Below are positions 19,673 to 30,135 of a stretch of DNA of 64,000 nucleotides, piece by piece. The notes beneath the pieces are model-generated. The model ran no database searches, had not been told where the DNA came from, and worked only from the letters and a program-made list of their open reading frames with translations. The stretch is from an uncultured Chloroflexia bacterium. Its GTDB lineage: Bacteria > Chloroflexota > Anaerolineae > CG2-30-64-16. Position 1 is the first letter of the stretch. Each line of letters starts with the position of its first letter. Location of the stretch: positions 107,962-171,961 of the forward strand of contig CAWIPK010000006.1 of NCBI GenBank assembly GCA_963837925.1, written 5' to 3'. The position numbers were made by a program, and so were the translations under genes.

Positions 19673-21115
19673 ATGGCTGAGACCAGAGAGTACGACATCA
19701 TCGTGGTCGGTGGAGGGCCAGGCGGTTACGTGGCCGCGATCCGGGCCGGGCAGTTGGGCCAGAAAGTTGCCATCGTCGACCGTGAGTTTTTGGGTGGTGT
19801 CTGTCTGAACATTGGTTGTATTCCGACCAAGGCGTTGCTGCGCAACGCCGAGATCATGAACTTGCTGCACGACGGCAAAGAATTCGGCTTTAGCTTTGAG
19901 AACCTGACCGTCGACTATGCCGTCGCGCAGAAGCGCAGCCGGCAGGTGAGCGATCGCCTGGTCAAGGGCGTCCAGTTTCTGATGCGCAAGAACAAGGTTG
20001 ACGTCTACCAGGGGGTGGCGAAGCTGCGCTCGCCTACGCAGGTGGACGTGACCGCGGTGCAGGATGCACCCGCCGTAAATGGGCAAAAGTACGACGGTAC
20101 GCTGCAGGCCAAGAACATTGTCGTCGCAACCGGCGCGCGCTCGCGTTCGTTTCCTAACATGCCAATTGACGGCACGAAGGTGATCGCCTATCGCGAGGCA
20201 CTCTACCTGACCGAAGCTCCGAAGCGGCTGGTCGTGGTCGGCGCGGGCGCGATCGGTATGGAATTCAGTTACGTCTTCCGCAGTTACGGCAGCGAGGTGA
20301 CGATCGTCGAGATGCTGCCGCATTTGCTGCCGCTCGAAGACGACGAGACGGCGGCCGAAGTCGCCAAAGCGTTCAAGAAGCAGGGGATCAAGGCACTGGT
20401 CAACACGCGCACCGAGAATGTCGAGACCACTGGCAACGGCGTGCGGGTCCACGTCAAGGAACAGGCCGGCAGCCAGGAGCAAACGCTGGAGGCCGACATG
20501 GTGCTGGTGGCCATCGGGGTGCAAGCCAATAGCGACAACCTGGGCCTCGAGGAGGCCGGCGTGAAGACCGACAAGCGCGGCTTCATCCCGGTGGACGAAT
20601 ATATGTGCACGAACGTGCCCGGCGTCTACGCTATCGGCGATGTGACCGGCAAGCTGCTGCTAGCCCATGTCGCCAGTGCTATGGGCATCGTCGCAGTAGA
20701 GCACGCCGCCGGTCATCCGACCAAACCAATCCACGAAGGCGACTACATTTTCATGCCGCGTGCCACCTACTGCCGCCCGCAGGTGGCGAGCATAGGCATG
20801 ACAGAGGCGCAGGCGCGCGAGGGCGGGCGGGAGATCAAGGTCGGCAAGTTCCCCTTCTCGGCCAACGGCAAAGCGTTGGGGCTGGGCGAACGCGAGGGCT
20901 TCGTCAAAATCATTGCCGATGCACGCTACGGCGAGATCCTGGGCGCTCACCTGGTTGGTCCGGACGTGACCGAGCTGCTCCCGGAGCTGGAGCTGGCCCG
21001 CACATGGGAGCTGACCACCGACGAAATTGCACGCAGCGTCCATGCGCATCCGACCCTGTCGGAGGCCATCATGGAAGCCGCCCACGCCGTGAACGGGGAA
21101 GCGATCCAGATCTGA
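19673..21115 (+). CDS. lpdA: Dihydrolipoyl dehydrogenase (E3)
   Basis: [17 protein letters not shown], redox-active [21 protein letters not shown]. Confidence 0.85.
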   Translation: MAETREYDIIVVGGGPGGYVAAIRAGQLGQKVAIVDREFLGGVCLNIGCIPTKALLRNAEIMNLLHDGKEFGFSFENLTVDYAVAQKRSRQVSDRLVKGVQFLMRKNKVDVYQGVAKLRSPTQVDVTAVQDAPAVNGQKYDGTLQAKNIVVATGARSRSFPNMPIDGTKVIAYREALYLTEAPKRLVVVGAGAIGMEFSYVFRSYGSEVTIVEMLPHLLPLEDDETAAEVAKAFKKQGIKALVNTRTENVETTGNGVRVHVKEQAGSQEQTLEADMVLVAIGVQANSDNLGLEEAGVKTDKRGFIPVDEYMCTNVPGVYAIGDVTGKLLLAHVASAMGIVAVEHAAGHPTKPIHEGDYIFMPRATYCRPQVASIGMTEAQAREGGREIKVGKFPFSANGKALGLGEREGFVKIIADARYGEILGAHLVGPDVTELLPELELARTWELTTDEIARSVHAHPTLSEAIMEAAHAVNGEAIQI

Positions 21116-21126
21116 CAAGGACTAGC

Positions 21127-22071
21127 ATGCAATCGAAGGTATCAATCGACCCGATCCCGTTGAGCGCGCAGCCCAAGTCGAAGCCCGAGACGGGCCTGAC
21201 GCGGGGGCGACGGCCAGAATGGCTGCGGGTCAAGATAAACCAGAACGATGAGTATTGGAAGCTCAAACATCTGATGCGCTCGCAGACCTTGCATACGGTC
21301 TGCGAAGAGGCGCTGTGCCCCAACCTGGGCGAGTGCTGGGGCCGAGGCACGGCCACTTTCCTGCTGATGGGCGACACATGTACACGCTCGTGCCGCTTCT
21401 GCAACATCAAGACGGGCCGCCCGCCCGCGCTGGACGAGGACGAGCCGCTGCGGGTGGCCCAATCCGTGCATGAGATGAGCCTGCGTCACTGCGTGCTGAC
21501 CAGCGTCGATCGCGACGAGCTGCCGGACGGCGGGGCGCACATCTTTGCCAACACGATCCGCGAGATACGGCGTCTGCAGCCGGGCTGCACGATCGAAGTC
21601 CTGATCCCTGACTTCCGCGCCAATCGCGACGCACTGCGGTCGGTGATGGATACGCACCCCGAGATCCTGAATCACAACGTCGAGACGGTGCCCCGACTCT
21701 ACCGGCACGTGCGCCCGCAGGCCCGTTACACCTGGAGCCTCTCGGTGTTGAAAATGGCAAAAGAGATGGACCCGCTGGCATTCACCAAGACCGGGTTCAT
21801 GGTTGGCCTGGGGGAACAGTGGGACGAGATGTTGCAGATGATGGATGATCTGCGCGCCGTGAACGTCGATATCCTGACAATCGGCCAGTATCTGCAGCCG
21901 ACGAAAGACCACTTGCCCATCGAGCGCTACGTGCACCCGGATGAGTTCGAGAAACTGGCCGAAGAAGGCTACGCTCGTGGTTTCAAGTGGGTCGAATCGG
22001 GCCCACTGGTGCGTTCGTCGTATCACGCCGACGGACAGGCCCGCATGATCAGCCCGCGCGCGGACGCCTAA
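21127..22071 (+). CDS. lipA: Lipoyl synthase (radical SAM)
   Basis: [12 protein letters not shown] and CTRSCRFC cluster motifs. The track ORF 20605-22071 has a spurious 174-aa N-terminal extension. True start is MQSKVSIDP at 21127. Confidence 0.85.
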   Translation: MQSKVSIDPIPLSAQPKSKPETGLTRGRRPEWLRVKINQNDEYWKLKHLMRSQTLHTVCEEALCPNLGECWGRGTATFLLMGDTCTRSCRFCNIKTGRPPALDEDEPLRVAQSVHEMSLRHCVLTSVDRDELPDGGAHIFANTIREIRRLQPGCTIEVLIPDFRANRDALRSVMDTHPEILNHNVETVPRLYRHVRPQARYTWSLSVLKMAKEMDPLAFTKTGFMVGLGEQWDEMLQMMDDLRAVNVDILTIGQYLQPTKDHLPIERYVHPDEFEKLAEEGYARGFKWVESGPLVRSSYHADGQARMISPRADA

Positions 22072-22099
22072 GAGGACATGAGGCGCCAGGCAGGCAGCC

Positions 22100-23251
22100 A
22101 TGCAGATCCTGACCGTCGACATCGGCACCGGTACGCAGGACATCCTGCTCTTCGATAGCGAGCGCGCGCCTGAGAACTGTCTGAAACTGGTGATGCCCTC
22201 GCCCACCATGCTGGTGGCCGGACAGGTGCGGCTCGCGACCTCAGCCCGCCTCGCGCTGGTCATCCAGGGACCGATCATGGGCGGCGGCCCGTGTAGCTGG
22301 GCGGTCGAAGACCATCGGCGAGCCGGGCTGCGCGTCGTGGCCACCGAGAGCGCTGCTCGCACCTTCAACGATGACCTGACCCTGGTCCGTGCCGAGATGG
22401 GCGTGGAGACCGTGAGCGATGTGGAGGCGGCGCGCCTGGCCGGGCAGCCGGGGTTCGCCAGCATCCGCTTCGGCGACTTCCAGTACGCTTCGATCCGGCA
22501 GGCGTTCGCGGCATTTGGGTTAACGCTCGCACCCGACGCGCTGGCCCTGGCGGTCTTCGACCACGGCGCCGCGCCGCCGGAGATCAGCGACCGCCAGTTC
22601 CGTATCGACTACCTGCGCGCCCGGCTGGGCCAGGACCGCCGCTTGAGCGCCTGCGCCGCACGGGCCGGCGATGTGCCTCCCATCATGACGCGCCTCTGCG
22701 CGGTGGCCGAGGCGGCCAGCACGCAGACGGGCCTGCCGGTGGTCGTGATGGACACCGCGCCGGCCGCGGTGCTCGGCGCCCTGGAAGATCCGACGGTCGC
22801 GTCACAGCCCGACGCGCTGGTCGTCAACCTGGGCAACTTTCACAGCCTGGCCTTCCAGTTCCGTGGAGGGCAGTTCGTGCGCATGTTCGAGCACCACACC
22901 GGACTGCTCAACTCGACCAACCTGGCCGGCTGGCTGCAAGCGTTGGCCGATGGGACGATCACGCACGAGGCGGTCTTTGCCGATCATGGACACGGCGCGC
23001 TCTGCCTGGACAACCGGCCGGTGCCGGTTCGCTTCATTGCCGTTACCGGCCCGCGCCGGCAAATGGCGGCGGCAATGGCGGCTGGTTCGCAGGGTGAAGG
23101 CCGTTTGCCCGTGCATTTCGCCGTACCGCACGGCGACCAGATGCTCGCCGGGTGCTTCGGCCTCTTGCGCGCCTGCGCCCGCCTGGAGCCCGCCTGGGCC
23201 GCCGCCATCACGCGCGCCCTGGGCGGACAAGTCGACCGGAACTTGTGGTGA
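22100..23251 (+). CDS. Conserved hypothetical ASKHA-fold protein (DUF1786-like, recalled from memory), co-operonic with the 2-oxoacid dehydrogenase and lipA genes
   Basis: N-terminal MQILTVDIGTGTQDILLFD is a phosphate-1 motif like acetate/sugar kinases or DUF1786. Begins 29 nt after the lipA stop. Confidence 0.5.
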   Translation: MQILTVDIGTGTQDILLFDSERAPENCLKLVMPSPTMLVAGQVRLATSARLALVIQGPIMGGGPCSWAVEDHRRAGLRVVATESAARTFNDDLTLVRAEMGVETVSDVEAARLAGQPGFASIRFGDFQYASIRQAFAAFGLTLAPDALALAVFDHGAAPPEISDRQFRIDYLRARLGQDRRLSACAARAGDVPPIMTRLCAVAEAASTQTGLPVVVMDTAPAAVLGALEDPTVASQPDALVVNLGNFHSLAFQFRGGQFVRMFEHHTGLLNSTNLAGWLQALADGTITHEAVFADHGHGALCLDNRPVPVRFIAVTGPRRQMAAAMAAGSQGEGRLPVHFAVPHGDQMLAGCFGLLRACARLEPAWAAAITRALGGQVDRNLW

Positions 23252-23356
23252 GGGGAAGGATCAGAGGACGGAGGCAAGACGCCAGACCCGTGCCGGCATC
23301 CCTGCCAGAATATCCCGGCCAGGCGCAGCCCAATCCCCAATCAGGAGGTTTCTGCC

Positions 23357-23884
23357 ATGACTCTCGACGCACCTGCCGACGTTCGCCTCGACGCGCTGCG
23401 TATGCTGTCGAATGGCGTCTACGTATTGACGGCCTGTGTGGGAGAGACGATCCATGCGGTGACCATCACCTGGGTCAGCCAGGTTTCCATTCAGCCACCC
23501 CTGGTGCTCGCGGCTTTGCGACGCAACTCGCGCGTCGCCGGGGCCGTGCGCCAGGCACGGCGCTTCGCGCTCAACGTCCTGGAAGCCGGCCAGGAATCCC
23601 TGGCCGAGCGCTTCTTCGAGCACACGACGGTGCCCGAAGAGAGCCAGGCTCTGGCCGGACTCGCCTTCCGCTCCAGCCCAGCGCGTTGTCCCTTGTTGGT
23701 GGATGCCTTGGGCTGGGTAGAGTGCCGCGTCGCCGCCGAACCGGCCGCGCCGGGGGACCACTGCCTGATCCTCGGCGAGGTCACCGGGGCCGGCGTTCGC
23801 CGCCAGGGTCGCCCCCTGGTGCTGCGCGATACACCCTGGTCGTACGGGGGGCTGAAGGTCAGCAAGCAGGCTGCTGATGAGTAA
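23357..23884 (+). CDS. Flavin reductase-like domain protein (FMN-binding split barrel)
   Basis: GVYVLTA...HAVTITWVSQVSIQPPLVLAALRRNSR pattern of the Flavin_Reduct family. AGGAGG ribosome-binding site. Confidence 0.7.
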   Translation: MTLDAPADVRLDALRMLSNGVYVLTACVGETIHAVTITWVSQVSIQPPLVLAALRRNSRVAGAVRQARRFALNVLEAGQESLAERFFEHTTVPEESQALAGLAFRSSPARCPLLVDALGWVECRVAAEPAAPGDHCLILGEVTGAGVRRQGRPLVLRDTPWSYGGLKVSKQAADE

Positions 23885-24536
23885 CCTGGTCTTGCTCTAT
23901 GGTGCTTTCATGCTCATCAGCCTCTCAGGCGCACTCTCGCCCGGTCCACTCACCGCCATGGCGATCAGCGAGGGGGCGCGCGCGGGGCGTTGGTCGGGCG
24001 CCCGCCTGGCGCTGGGCCATGGGCTGGTGGAGGTCCCGCTGGTCTTCGGTATTGCCTACGGTTTGGGCGCCTGGCTGCGGCAACCGCTGGTCAGCGGCCT
24101 GATTGGGCTGGGCGGAGCCGGGGTACTGCTGTGGATGGGCTACGGGTTGAGCGTCGGCGCGTGGACCGGACGGCTGCGCCTTTATGGCAGCGACGGCCCG
24201 GCCCCGGGCGCCCTTCGCTTCGGGCAGGTGCCCGGCGGCATGGCCCTCACCCTGTTCAACCCATACTGGGCGATCTGGTGGGCAAGCGTCGGCGCAGTCT
24301 ACGTCGGCCGCGTGAGCCTGCTCGGTTCGAGCTTACTGGCAATTGGCGGCCTGGCCTTCACCCACTGGCTGACCGATCTCGGCTGGCTAGGCGGTCTCAG
24401 CCTGGTCGCCGGCTCCGGCAGCGGCTTGATAGGAGAGCGCGCCTACCGGGCCGTGTTACTGGTGTGCGGAGTTTTCCTGCTGGCGTTTGGCGTGTACATG
24501 GCCTGGAGCGGCATCGGCTTCCTGCGCGCGGCTTAG
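23877..24536 (+). CDS. LysE/RhtB-type amino-acid efflux membrane protein
   Basis: Six predicted hydrophobic helices, SPGP motif near the N-terminus. Overlaps the previous gene by 8 nt. Confidence 0.65.
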   Translation: MSNLVLLYGAFMLISLSGALSPGPLTAMAISEGARAGRWSGARLALGHGLVEVPLVFGIAYGLGAWLRQPLVSGLIGLGGAGVLLWMGYGLSVGAWTGRLRLYGSDGPAPGALRFGQVPGGMALTLFNPYWAIWWASVGAVYVGRVSLLGSSLLAIGGLAFTHWLTDLGWLGGLSLVAGSGSGLIGERAYRAVLLVCGVFLLAFGVYMAWSGIGFLRAA

Positions 24537-24603
24537 TCCTGCCGCCGCCGGCCCCTTCACCTTCCACCGCCGGGCTCTCTCCGTGCAATTTCATTCCCGC
24601 AAT

Positions 24604-24634
24604 TTGGGGTGAAGCAGGCAGAGCGTGCTATAAT
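24604..24634 (+). promoter_or_regulatory. Putative promoter with extended -10 (TGcTATAAT at 24626-24634) driving gdhA. It precedes an unusually long ~190-nt 5' UTR.
   Basis: gtgcTATAATcgg. Weak -35 (ttgggg) at 19-nt spacing. Confidence 0.4.
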
Positions 24635-24831
24635 CGGTCCGTCTGTGGGACAATGGCGACCCTGGGCCATGTCCCGCCGCTATGTTCAGCCACCGGCTGA
24701 CTGGCGGCGTGTTCGCGACGAGGACCCGCGCTTCCGAGCCCCGGCAAGCGGCCCGCGGCGACCAGGGACGGGCACGTGTTTCTGGTACTGGAAGCATCCC
24801 GAGAAACAGATACTGCACGAAGGAGTGGACA

Positions 24832-26085
24832 ATGTCTTCTGTTAGCAATCCATTCGAGATCGCCCAGCGTCAGTTGGACGAAGCAGCCGCCATCCTGGGC
24901 CTATCGCCGGCCATGCACGCATTCCTGCGCGAGCCAATGCGCGAACTGCACTTCTCCATCCCCGTTCAGATGGACGACGGCAGCTACCAGGTGTTCCAGG
25001 GTTTCCGCGTACAGTACAACGATGCGCGCGGTCCCGCCAAGGGCGGCATTCGCTTCCATCCCGATGAAACGATCGACACTGTCCGCGCCCTGGCAGCGTG
25101 GATGACCTGGAAAACCTCCGTGGTGGACATCCCGCTAGGCGGCGGTAAGGGCGGAGTGATCTGCGATCCAAAGCACCTCTCCGAAGGCGAACTCGAGCGG
25201 CTGAGCCGGGGCTTCATGCGCCGGGTGGCCCATTTCATCGGGCCCGAGAAGGACGTGCCTGCTCCGGACGTCTACACCACCCCGCAGATCATGGCCTGGA
25301 TGATGGATGAGTACGAAGTCATCACCGGCCGCCATCTGCCCGGCGTCATCACCGGTAAGCCGCTCAACTTATTCGGGTCGTTGGGCCGTGGCGACGCGAC
25401 GGCGCGCGGCGGCGTCTACACGGTGCGCGAGGCCGCGAAGGCCATGGGCATCGACCTGAAGGGCGCCCCCGCCGCGATCCAGGGCTTCGGCAACGCCGGG
25501 CAGTTCGCCCATCAGCTTGGCGGAAACCTGCTGGGCCTGAAGACGGTGGCGGTCAGCGACACGAAGGGTGGGATTTACGACGCCAACGGCCTGGACTTCG
25601 AGGCAGTTCTGGCCTGGAAACATGAGACTGGCAGCGTCATCAATTTCAGAGGCGCGGACAATATCACGAATTCCGAACTGCTGGAGCTCCCCGTCAGCGT
25701 GCTGTTCCCGTCGGCCCTCGAGGGCGTGATCACGGCCGACAACGCTTCGCGCGTGAAGGCAAAGATCGTGGCCGAGTTGGCCAATGGGCCAACCACGCCG
25801 GAAGGTGACTGCATTCTGTATGAGAACGGCGTTTACGTGATCCCGGACTTCCTCTGCAACGCCGGCGGCGTAACCGTCAGTTATTTCGAGCAAGTCCAGG
25901 ACGCGTACAACTTCTACTGGCCGCTCGACGAGGTGCAGTCCCGCCTGGACGCGAAGATGACCAAAGCCTTCCACGCCGTGCACGATATGGCGCAGGCTCA
26001 ACACGTCCACAACCGGCTAGCCGCCTACTTGGTCTCCGTCAAGCGCGTTGCGGAAGCCGTGGCAACGCGAGGGTGGGTGCGGTAG
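24832..26085 (+). CDS. gdhA: Glutamate dehydrogenase (hexameric ~46 kDa type), copy 1
   Basis: [14 protein letters not shown] catalytic Lys box, GFGNAGQ Rossmann motif. AGGAG ribosome-binding site before the ATG at 24832. The track ORF start 24682 is upstream junk. Confidence 0.85.
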   Translation: MSSVSNPFEIAQRQLDEAAAILGLSPAMHAFLREPMRELHFSIPVQMDDGSYQVFQGFRVQYNDARGPAKGGIRFHPDETIDTVRALAAWMTWKTSVVDIPLGGGKGGVICDPKHLSEGELERLSRGFMRRVAHFIGPEKDVPAPDVYTTPQIMAWMMDEYEVITGRHLPGVITGKPLNLFGSLGRGDATARGGVYTVREAAKAMGIDLKGAPAAIQGFGNAGQFAHQLGGNLLGLKTVAVSDTKGGIYDANGLDFEAVLAWKHETGSVINFRGADNITNSELLELPVSVLFPSALEGVITADNASRVKAKIVAELANGPTTPEGDCILYENGVYVIPDFLCNAGGVTVSYFEQVQDAYNFYWPLDEVQSRLDAKMTKAFHAVHDMAQAQHVHNRLAAYLVSVKRVAEAVATRGWVR

Positions 26086-26120
26086 GAGAGCAGGACGCTC
26101 GGCATCTCAGGGCTAAGATA

Positions 26121-26154
26121 AAGCTCGCCGGGAAGTAGATCTCCCGGCGAGCTT
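26121..26154. terminator. Bidirectional terminator hairpin between convergent gdhA and korB
   Basis: Perfect 13-bp palindrome aagctcgccggga-agtagatc-tcccggcgagctt. U/A-rich flanks on both sides. Confidence 0.55.
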
Positions 26155-26197
26155 GCATTTGCTCGTCCGCGTGCGGCTTCAGCTTGACGTTCCGGCG

Positions 26198-27247
26198 CTA
26201 GAGCGTCTCCATCAGCGCCTGCAGCGCCTCGCGGCTCGGGCGCACGCGCTCCTCCTCGAGAGTGGCCAACGGATCGTCGGTCAATTGGAGTAGCTCGAGC
26301 AGGTGCGGCCTTTCTTCTTCGTTGACATAGATCAGGCCGGTGATGAACTGCTGCTTGTTGCGCGCGTCCTCGAGGACGCGGAAAGCCAGCGCCTTGTCGG
26401 TGGGATCGTAATCGGGGTCGAGCTTCTTCAAACGGATCTTCGACTTGTCGTGCATCTCCACCTCGACCTCGCCCTCATAGTCGCCGATCCTGATCTCACG
26501 TTCGGAAGGCACAAACCCCAACAGCTCGTTCAAGGGCTCCTCGTGCACCTTTCCCCAGCTATAGCTCTTGCTGGACTCCTCGTGGTTGTTGAAGGTCACG
26601 CAGGGACTGATTATGTCCAGAACAGCGATGCCGCGATGGCGCAGCGCCGCCTGCAGCAGGGCTTCAACTTGCCGCGGGTCGCCGGCAAAACTGCGGGCCA
26701 CGAAGGTCGCACCGGATGCCAGCGCCTCGACGCAGACGTCCAGGGGGGGCAAGTTGTTGACGCCGGCGTACTTCAGTTTCTGCCCCAGGTCAGAGGTAGC
26801 GCTGAACTGCCCCTTGGTCAGACCATATACGCCGTTGTTCTCGACGATGTAGACCATCGGCACGTTGCGGCGCACCACGTGCTTGAAGTGGCCGATGCCG
26901 ATCGAGACGGTGTCGCCGTCCCCACTCACGCCGATCACCTTCAGGGTGTGGTTGGCAACGATCGCCCCGGTAGCCACCGCGGGCATGCGCCCATGCACGC
27001 TGTTGAATCCGTGGCTCCAGCCCAGGAAATAGGTCGGCGACTTGCTGCTGCAGCCAATGCCGCTCATTTTGATGACTTTGGTCTGGTCCAGCCCCGCTTC
27101 CCAGGTCACATTCATGATACGCTGGCTGATGCTGTCGTGGCCACAGCCCTTGCAAAGGGTCGAAGGGACGGCCTGGTAGGCTTTCTTGTCCAGACCAAGC
27201 ACGTTCAGCTTGGGTGAACGCACGGGACTTTCAGCTATGGTACCCAT
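26198..27247 (-). CDS. korB: 2-oxoacid:ferredoxin oxidoreductase beta subunit (TPP-binding; 2-oxoglutarate/pyruvate family)
   Basis: CxGCG..S.....GC TPP/Fe-S motifs (LCKGCGHDSI, GIGCSSK). DGD TPP-Mg site GDGDTVSIG. Confidence 0.8.
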   Translation of the reverse strand: MGTIAESPVRSPKLNVLGLDKKAYQAVPSTLCKGCGHDSISQRIMNVTWEAGLDQTKVIKMSGIGCSSKSPTYFLGWSHGFNSVHGRMPAVATGAIVANHTLKVIGVSGDGDTVSIGIGHFKHVVRRNVPMVYIVENNGVYGLTKGQFSATSDLGQKLKYAGVNNLPPLDVCVEALASGATFVARSFAGDPRQVEALLQAALRHRGIAVLDIISPCVTFNNHEESSKSYSWGKVHEEPLNELLGFVPSEREIRIGDYEGEVEVEMHDKSKIRLKKLDPDYDPTDKALAFRVLEDARNKQQFITGLIYVNEEERPHLLELLQLTDDPLATLEEERVRPSREALQALMETL

Positions 27248-29086
27248 TTACCTGGCTCCTTCCTGGCGCCGGATCGCGTCGCTGATCCAGGCTGCGGCGA
27301 GAGACAAGCCATCTCCCCGGGCCACCGACCGGATATACGGAGCCCGCGCCGGCTCTTCGGTTAACAGAATCTTGTGCAACTGGCCGTCGTGGTTGTTCTC
27401 CACCACGTAGATCCGCTGGTAGCGGCCGATGAAATCGCGCACCGCCTGGCTGATGGGCAGCGCTCTCAGGCGCAAGTAGCCGGCATCGACCTGCTCGTCG
27501 CGCAGCAGATCGACCGCCTCCAACACGGCCGGGTCGTTCGAGCCCAGACTGACAATGCCAATCTGCGCCCCGGGCGCGTCGTGTATCTCCGGCGCCGGGA
27601 CCAACTCGCGCGCAGTCTCGAACTTGCGCGCCAGGCGATCCATGTTGCGCTCCCAATCGGCCGACTTCTCGGTGTACTGGGCGAACTCGTTATGACCCGT
27701 GCCGCGCGTGAAATAGGCGGCTGCGTGATTGGGATTGCCGGGCAAGGTGCGATACGGTATCCCGTCGCCGTCGACATCCTTGTACCGCCCCCAGCCATTG
27801 CCCAGCCGCTCCAGGTCCGTATCGCTCAAGACCTTGCCCCGGTCCAGCGGCTTCTCGGGATACTCGAAGGCCTCGCTGATCCAGGCATTCATACCAAGAT
27901 CGAGGTCGCTGAGGACGAACACCGGGGTCTGCAGCCGCTCGGCCAGGTCGAAGGCCTGGCCGCCGAAGGCGAAACACTCCTTCGGGCTGCCGGGAAACAG
28001 GATGACGTGACGCGTGTCGCCGTGACTGAGATAGTAGGCCGCCAGGATATCGCCCTGGCTGGTGCGGGTGGGCAAGCCGGTGCTCGGCCCGATGCGTTGA
28101 ACGTCCCAGATCACGGCGGGGATCTCGGCGAAGTACGCCAGTCCGGTGAACTCTGACATCAGGCTCAGACCCGGGCCACTGGTGCTGGTCATCGCACGCG
28201 CCCCGGCCCAGCCGGCTCCGATCACCATGCCCAGCGCCGCCAGCTCGTCCTCGGCCTGAATGACCGCGAAGGTCGCCTTGTCGTTGGCCGGATCACAGCG
28301 CACCTGGGGCAAGTACTTGTTCAGCGCTTCGGCCAGGCTCGAGGCCGGGGTGATTGGGTACCAGGCCGCAAAGGTTATCCCGCCCCAGATCGCCCCAAGC
28401 GCAGCCGAGGTGTTGCCGTCGACCAACAGCTTGCCCTCATTGAAGCCGATCATCCGCTCCACGCAGAAACGGTCCTGCTTGGTCAGATGCTCCTGGGCCC
28501 ACTTGTGCGCGCGCTCGACCATCGACATGTTGAGGGCAACCGGTTTCACTTTGCCGCCGAAGTTCCAGTCTACCGCATTCTGGATCTCGGCCAGGTCGAT
28601 ATTCAGCAAATGCGCCATCACGCCGACGTAGACCATGTTGGCGATGTAGTCCTTGAGGTCATACGGCAGGCTGGCTTCCTTGACCAACTGATTGACCGGC
28701 ATCCCGTAGTAGGTAACGTCGTCGCGACGCGCCGGGATGGGCAAGGAATCGTCGTAGAAAACGACTCCGCCTGGAGCCACGCCGGCCATATCGTCGGCGA
28801 AGCTGCGCCCGTTCATGCAGACGGCGATGTCATAGCCATCGCGACGGGCCAGATAGCCTTGCTTGCTCAGGCGGATGACGTACCAGGTGGGCAGGCCCTG
28901 GATGTTGCTGGGGAACAGGTTCTTGCCGGTAACCGGAACGCCCATCTTGAACAGCGCGCGCAACAGCACGCCGTTGCTGGTCTGGCTGCCCGACCCATTG
29001 ACCGTTGCGATGTTGATCGTAAAGTCGTTTGCGACCAACGGGCGTTCGCCAAGCCCGGCCTGGGCCTCTTGCACTGCGATAGTCAT
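27248..29086 (-). CDS. korA: 2-oxoacid:ferredoxin oxidoreductase alpha (alpha/gamma fused) subunit
   Basis: 612 aa. Its start is adjacent to the korB stop. POR/KOR N-terminal and pyrimidine-binding domains. Confidence 0.8.
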   Translation of the reverse strand: MTIAVQEAQAGLGERPLVANDFTINIATVNGSGSQTSNGVLLRALFKMGVPVTGKNLFPSNIQGLPTWYVIRLSKQGYLARRDGYDIAVCMNGRSFADDMAGVAPGGVVFYDDSLPIPARRDDVTYYGMPVNQLVKEASLPYDLKDYIANMVYVGVMAHLLNIDLAEIQNAVDWNFGGKVKPVALNMSMVERAHKWAQEHLTKQDRFCVERMIGFNEGKLLVDGNTSAALGAIWGGITFAAWYPITPASSLAEALNKYLPQVRCDPANDKATFAVIQAEDELAALGMVIGAGWAGARAMTSTSGPGLSLMSEFTGLAYFAEIPAVIWDVQRIGPSTGLPTRTSQGDILAAYYLSHGDTRHVILFPGSPKECFAFGGQAFDLAERLQTPVFVLSDLDLGMNAWISEAFEYPEKPLDRGKVLSDTDLERLGNGWGRYKDVDGDGIPYRTLPGNPNHAAAYFTRGTGHNEFAQYTEKSADWERNMDRLARKFETARELVPAPEIHDAPGAQIGIVSLGSNDPAVLEAVDLLRDEQVDAGYLRLRALPISQAVRDFIGRYQRIYVVENNHDGQLHKILLTEEPARAPYIRSVARGDGLSLAAAWISDAIRRQEGAR

Positions 29087-29099
29087 TTGGTCCTTCCTC

Positions 29100-29888
29100 C
29101 TATGGGAAAAGCTCGTTCATCGGCGTGCGGCTTTGCGCGCCGTTCGCACCCGCCACAGCTTCCTGGGTCACCCGGACCCCGAGGGCCTCGCTCAGCGGCG
29201 CTTCGTGCGAGTTGCCCATCTTATCCAGCAAGTGGTGGTGTTCGGCCAGCAAGGCCTTGCCGGCGGCAAACTCCCCAGCGCAGATGGCTGCCACGATGCG
29301 CTCATGATAGGTCCAAACAGTTTGCAGGTAGCTCAGGTCGGCGTAGGTGTTCAGCTCGACTGCTTCATAAGCGTCCCAATATGCCTCTAGCAGACCCTGG
29401 ACGAAGAAGTTTGTCAAGCGGCTGTAGATCATCAGGTGAAATTGGCGATGCTCGGCGTGGGGGATCTGAATGCGCTCGAGATTGAGCTTGGCCCAGGCGC
29501 GTGCGACCAGTTCCTGCAGGGTTCCCCGATCGGCATCCGTCAGCAAGGCGACGGCCTCGTCCCAGAATGCGACCTCGAGGTGAATGCGCAGCGTGCTGTA
29601 CGCTCTGAACATGCGCCGGTCCAAGGAAAGTGCCACCATCAGGCTGAGCCGGACGGCGGGCAGGAACTCGTAAGCCCGGCAGCGGATACCCCGCCTCGGG
29701 CTGACCTCGACGAGCCCGAGGGCGCGGGCCACCTCCAGTTGCTCGCGCAGCTTCCCGACGCTGATGCCGGTCTGCGCGCTGATCTCGTCCAGGGCGGGCA
29801 GGCGCGCGCCGACCTCGAAGCCCTGGGGCTCGGCAGCCTTGGTGAGCAGATAACGCAGAAAATCCGAGTCGATTGCGGAGAGAATCAA
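29100..29888 (-). CDS. GntR-family transcriptional regulator (FadR/FCD C-terminal domain). TTG start.
   Basis: N-terminal HTH (LPALDEISAQTGISVGKLREQLEVARALGLV). AAGGA ribosome-binding site 10 nt before the TTG at 29888. Divergent from gdh2. Confidence 0.75.
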   Translation of the reverse strand: MILSAIDSDFLRYLLTKAAEPQGFEVGARLPALDEISAQTGISVGKLREQLEVARALGLVEVSPRRGIRCRAYEFLPAVRLSLMVALSLDRRMFRAYSTLRIHLEVAFWDEAVALLTDADRGTLQELVARAWAKLNLERIQIPHAEHRQFHLMIYSRLTNFFVQGLLEAYWDAYEAVELNTYADLSYLQTVWTYHERIVAAICAGEFAAGKALLAEHHHLLDKMGNSHEAPLSEALGVRVTQEAVAGANGAQSRTPMNELFP

Positions 29889-29902
29889 GACCTCATCCTT
29901 AC

Positions 29903-29930
29903 CGATTAATCGGATTCATTCGATTAATCA
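29903..29930. promoter_or_regulatory. Two copies of palindromic CGATTAATC(G/A) spaced 18 bp apart in the gntR/gdh2 divergent region. Candidate GntR operator.
   Basis: accgATTAATcggattcattcgATTAATcagg. AT-rich palindromes are conspicuous in a 66% GC genome. Located at -5 to -40 relative to the gntR start. Confidence 0.4.
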
Positions 29931-30066
29931 GGCATGAGTCAGGATAGCAGAAAGGTGCGCAAAAGTCAACAGCAGAACGCGGCCTTTTTGTTACCGCGGG
30001 GGAAATGTCCGGGTTAGCGGCTCACGCCGAACGACACATGATCGGCGCCTTCGTAACGCAAACTGC

Positions 30067-30096
30067 TTGACTCCTGTACCGCGCGTGAAATATACT
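30067..30096 (+). promoter_or_regulatory. Sigma-70-like promoter for gdh2 (TTGACT-N18-TATACT)
   Basis: ttgactcctgtaccgcgcgtgaaatatact, 40 nt upstream of the ATG at 30136. Confidence 0.45.
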
Positions 30097-30135
30097 CTCA
30101 GCGCCGGTTGGCCAATCGACGAGAGGATTCAGGCA

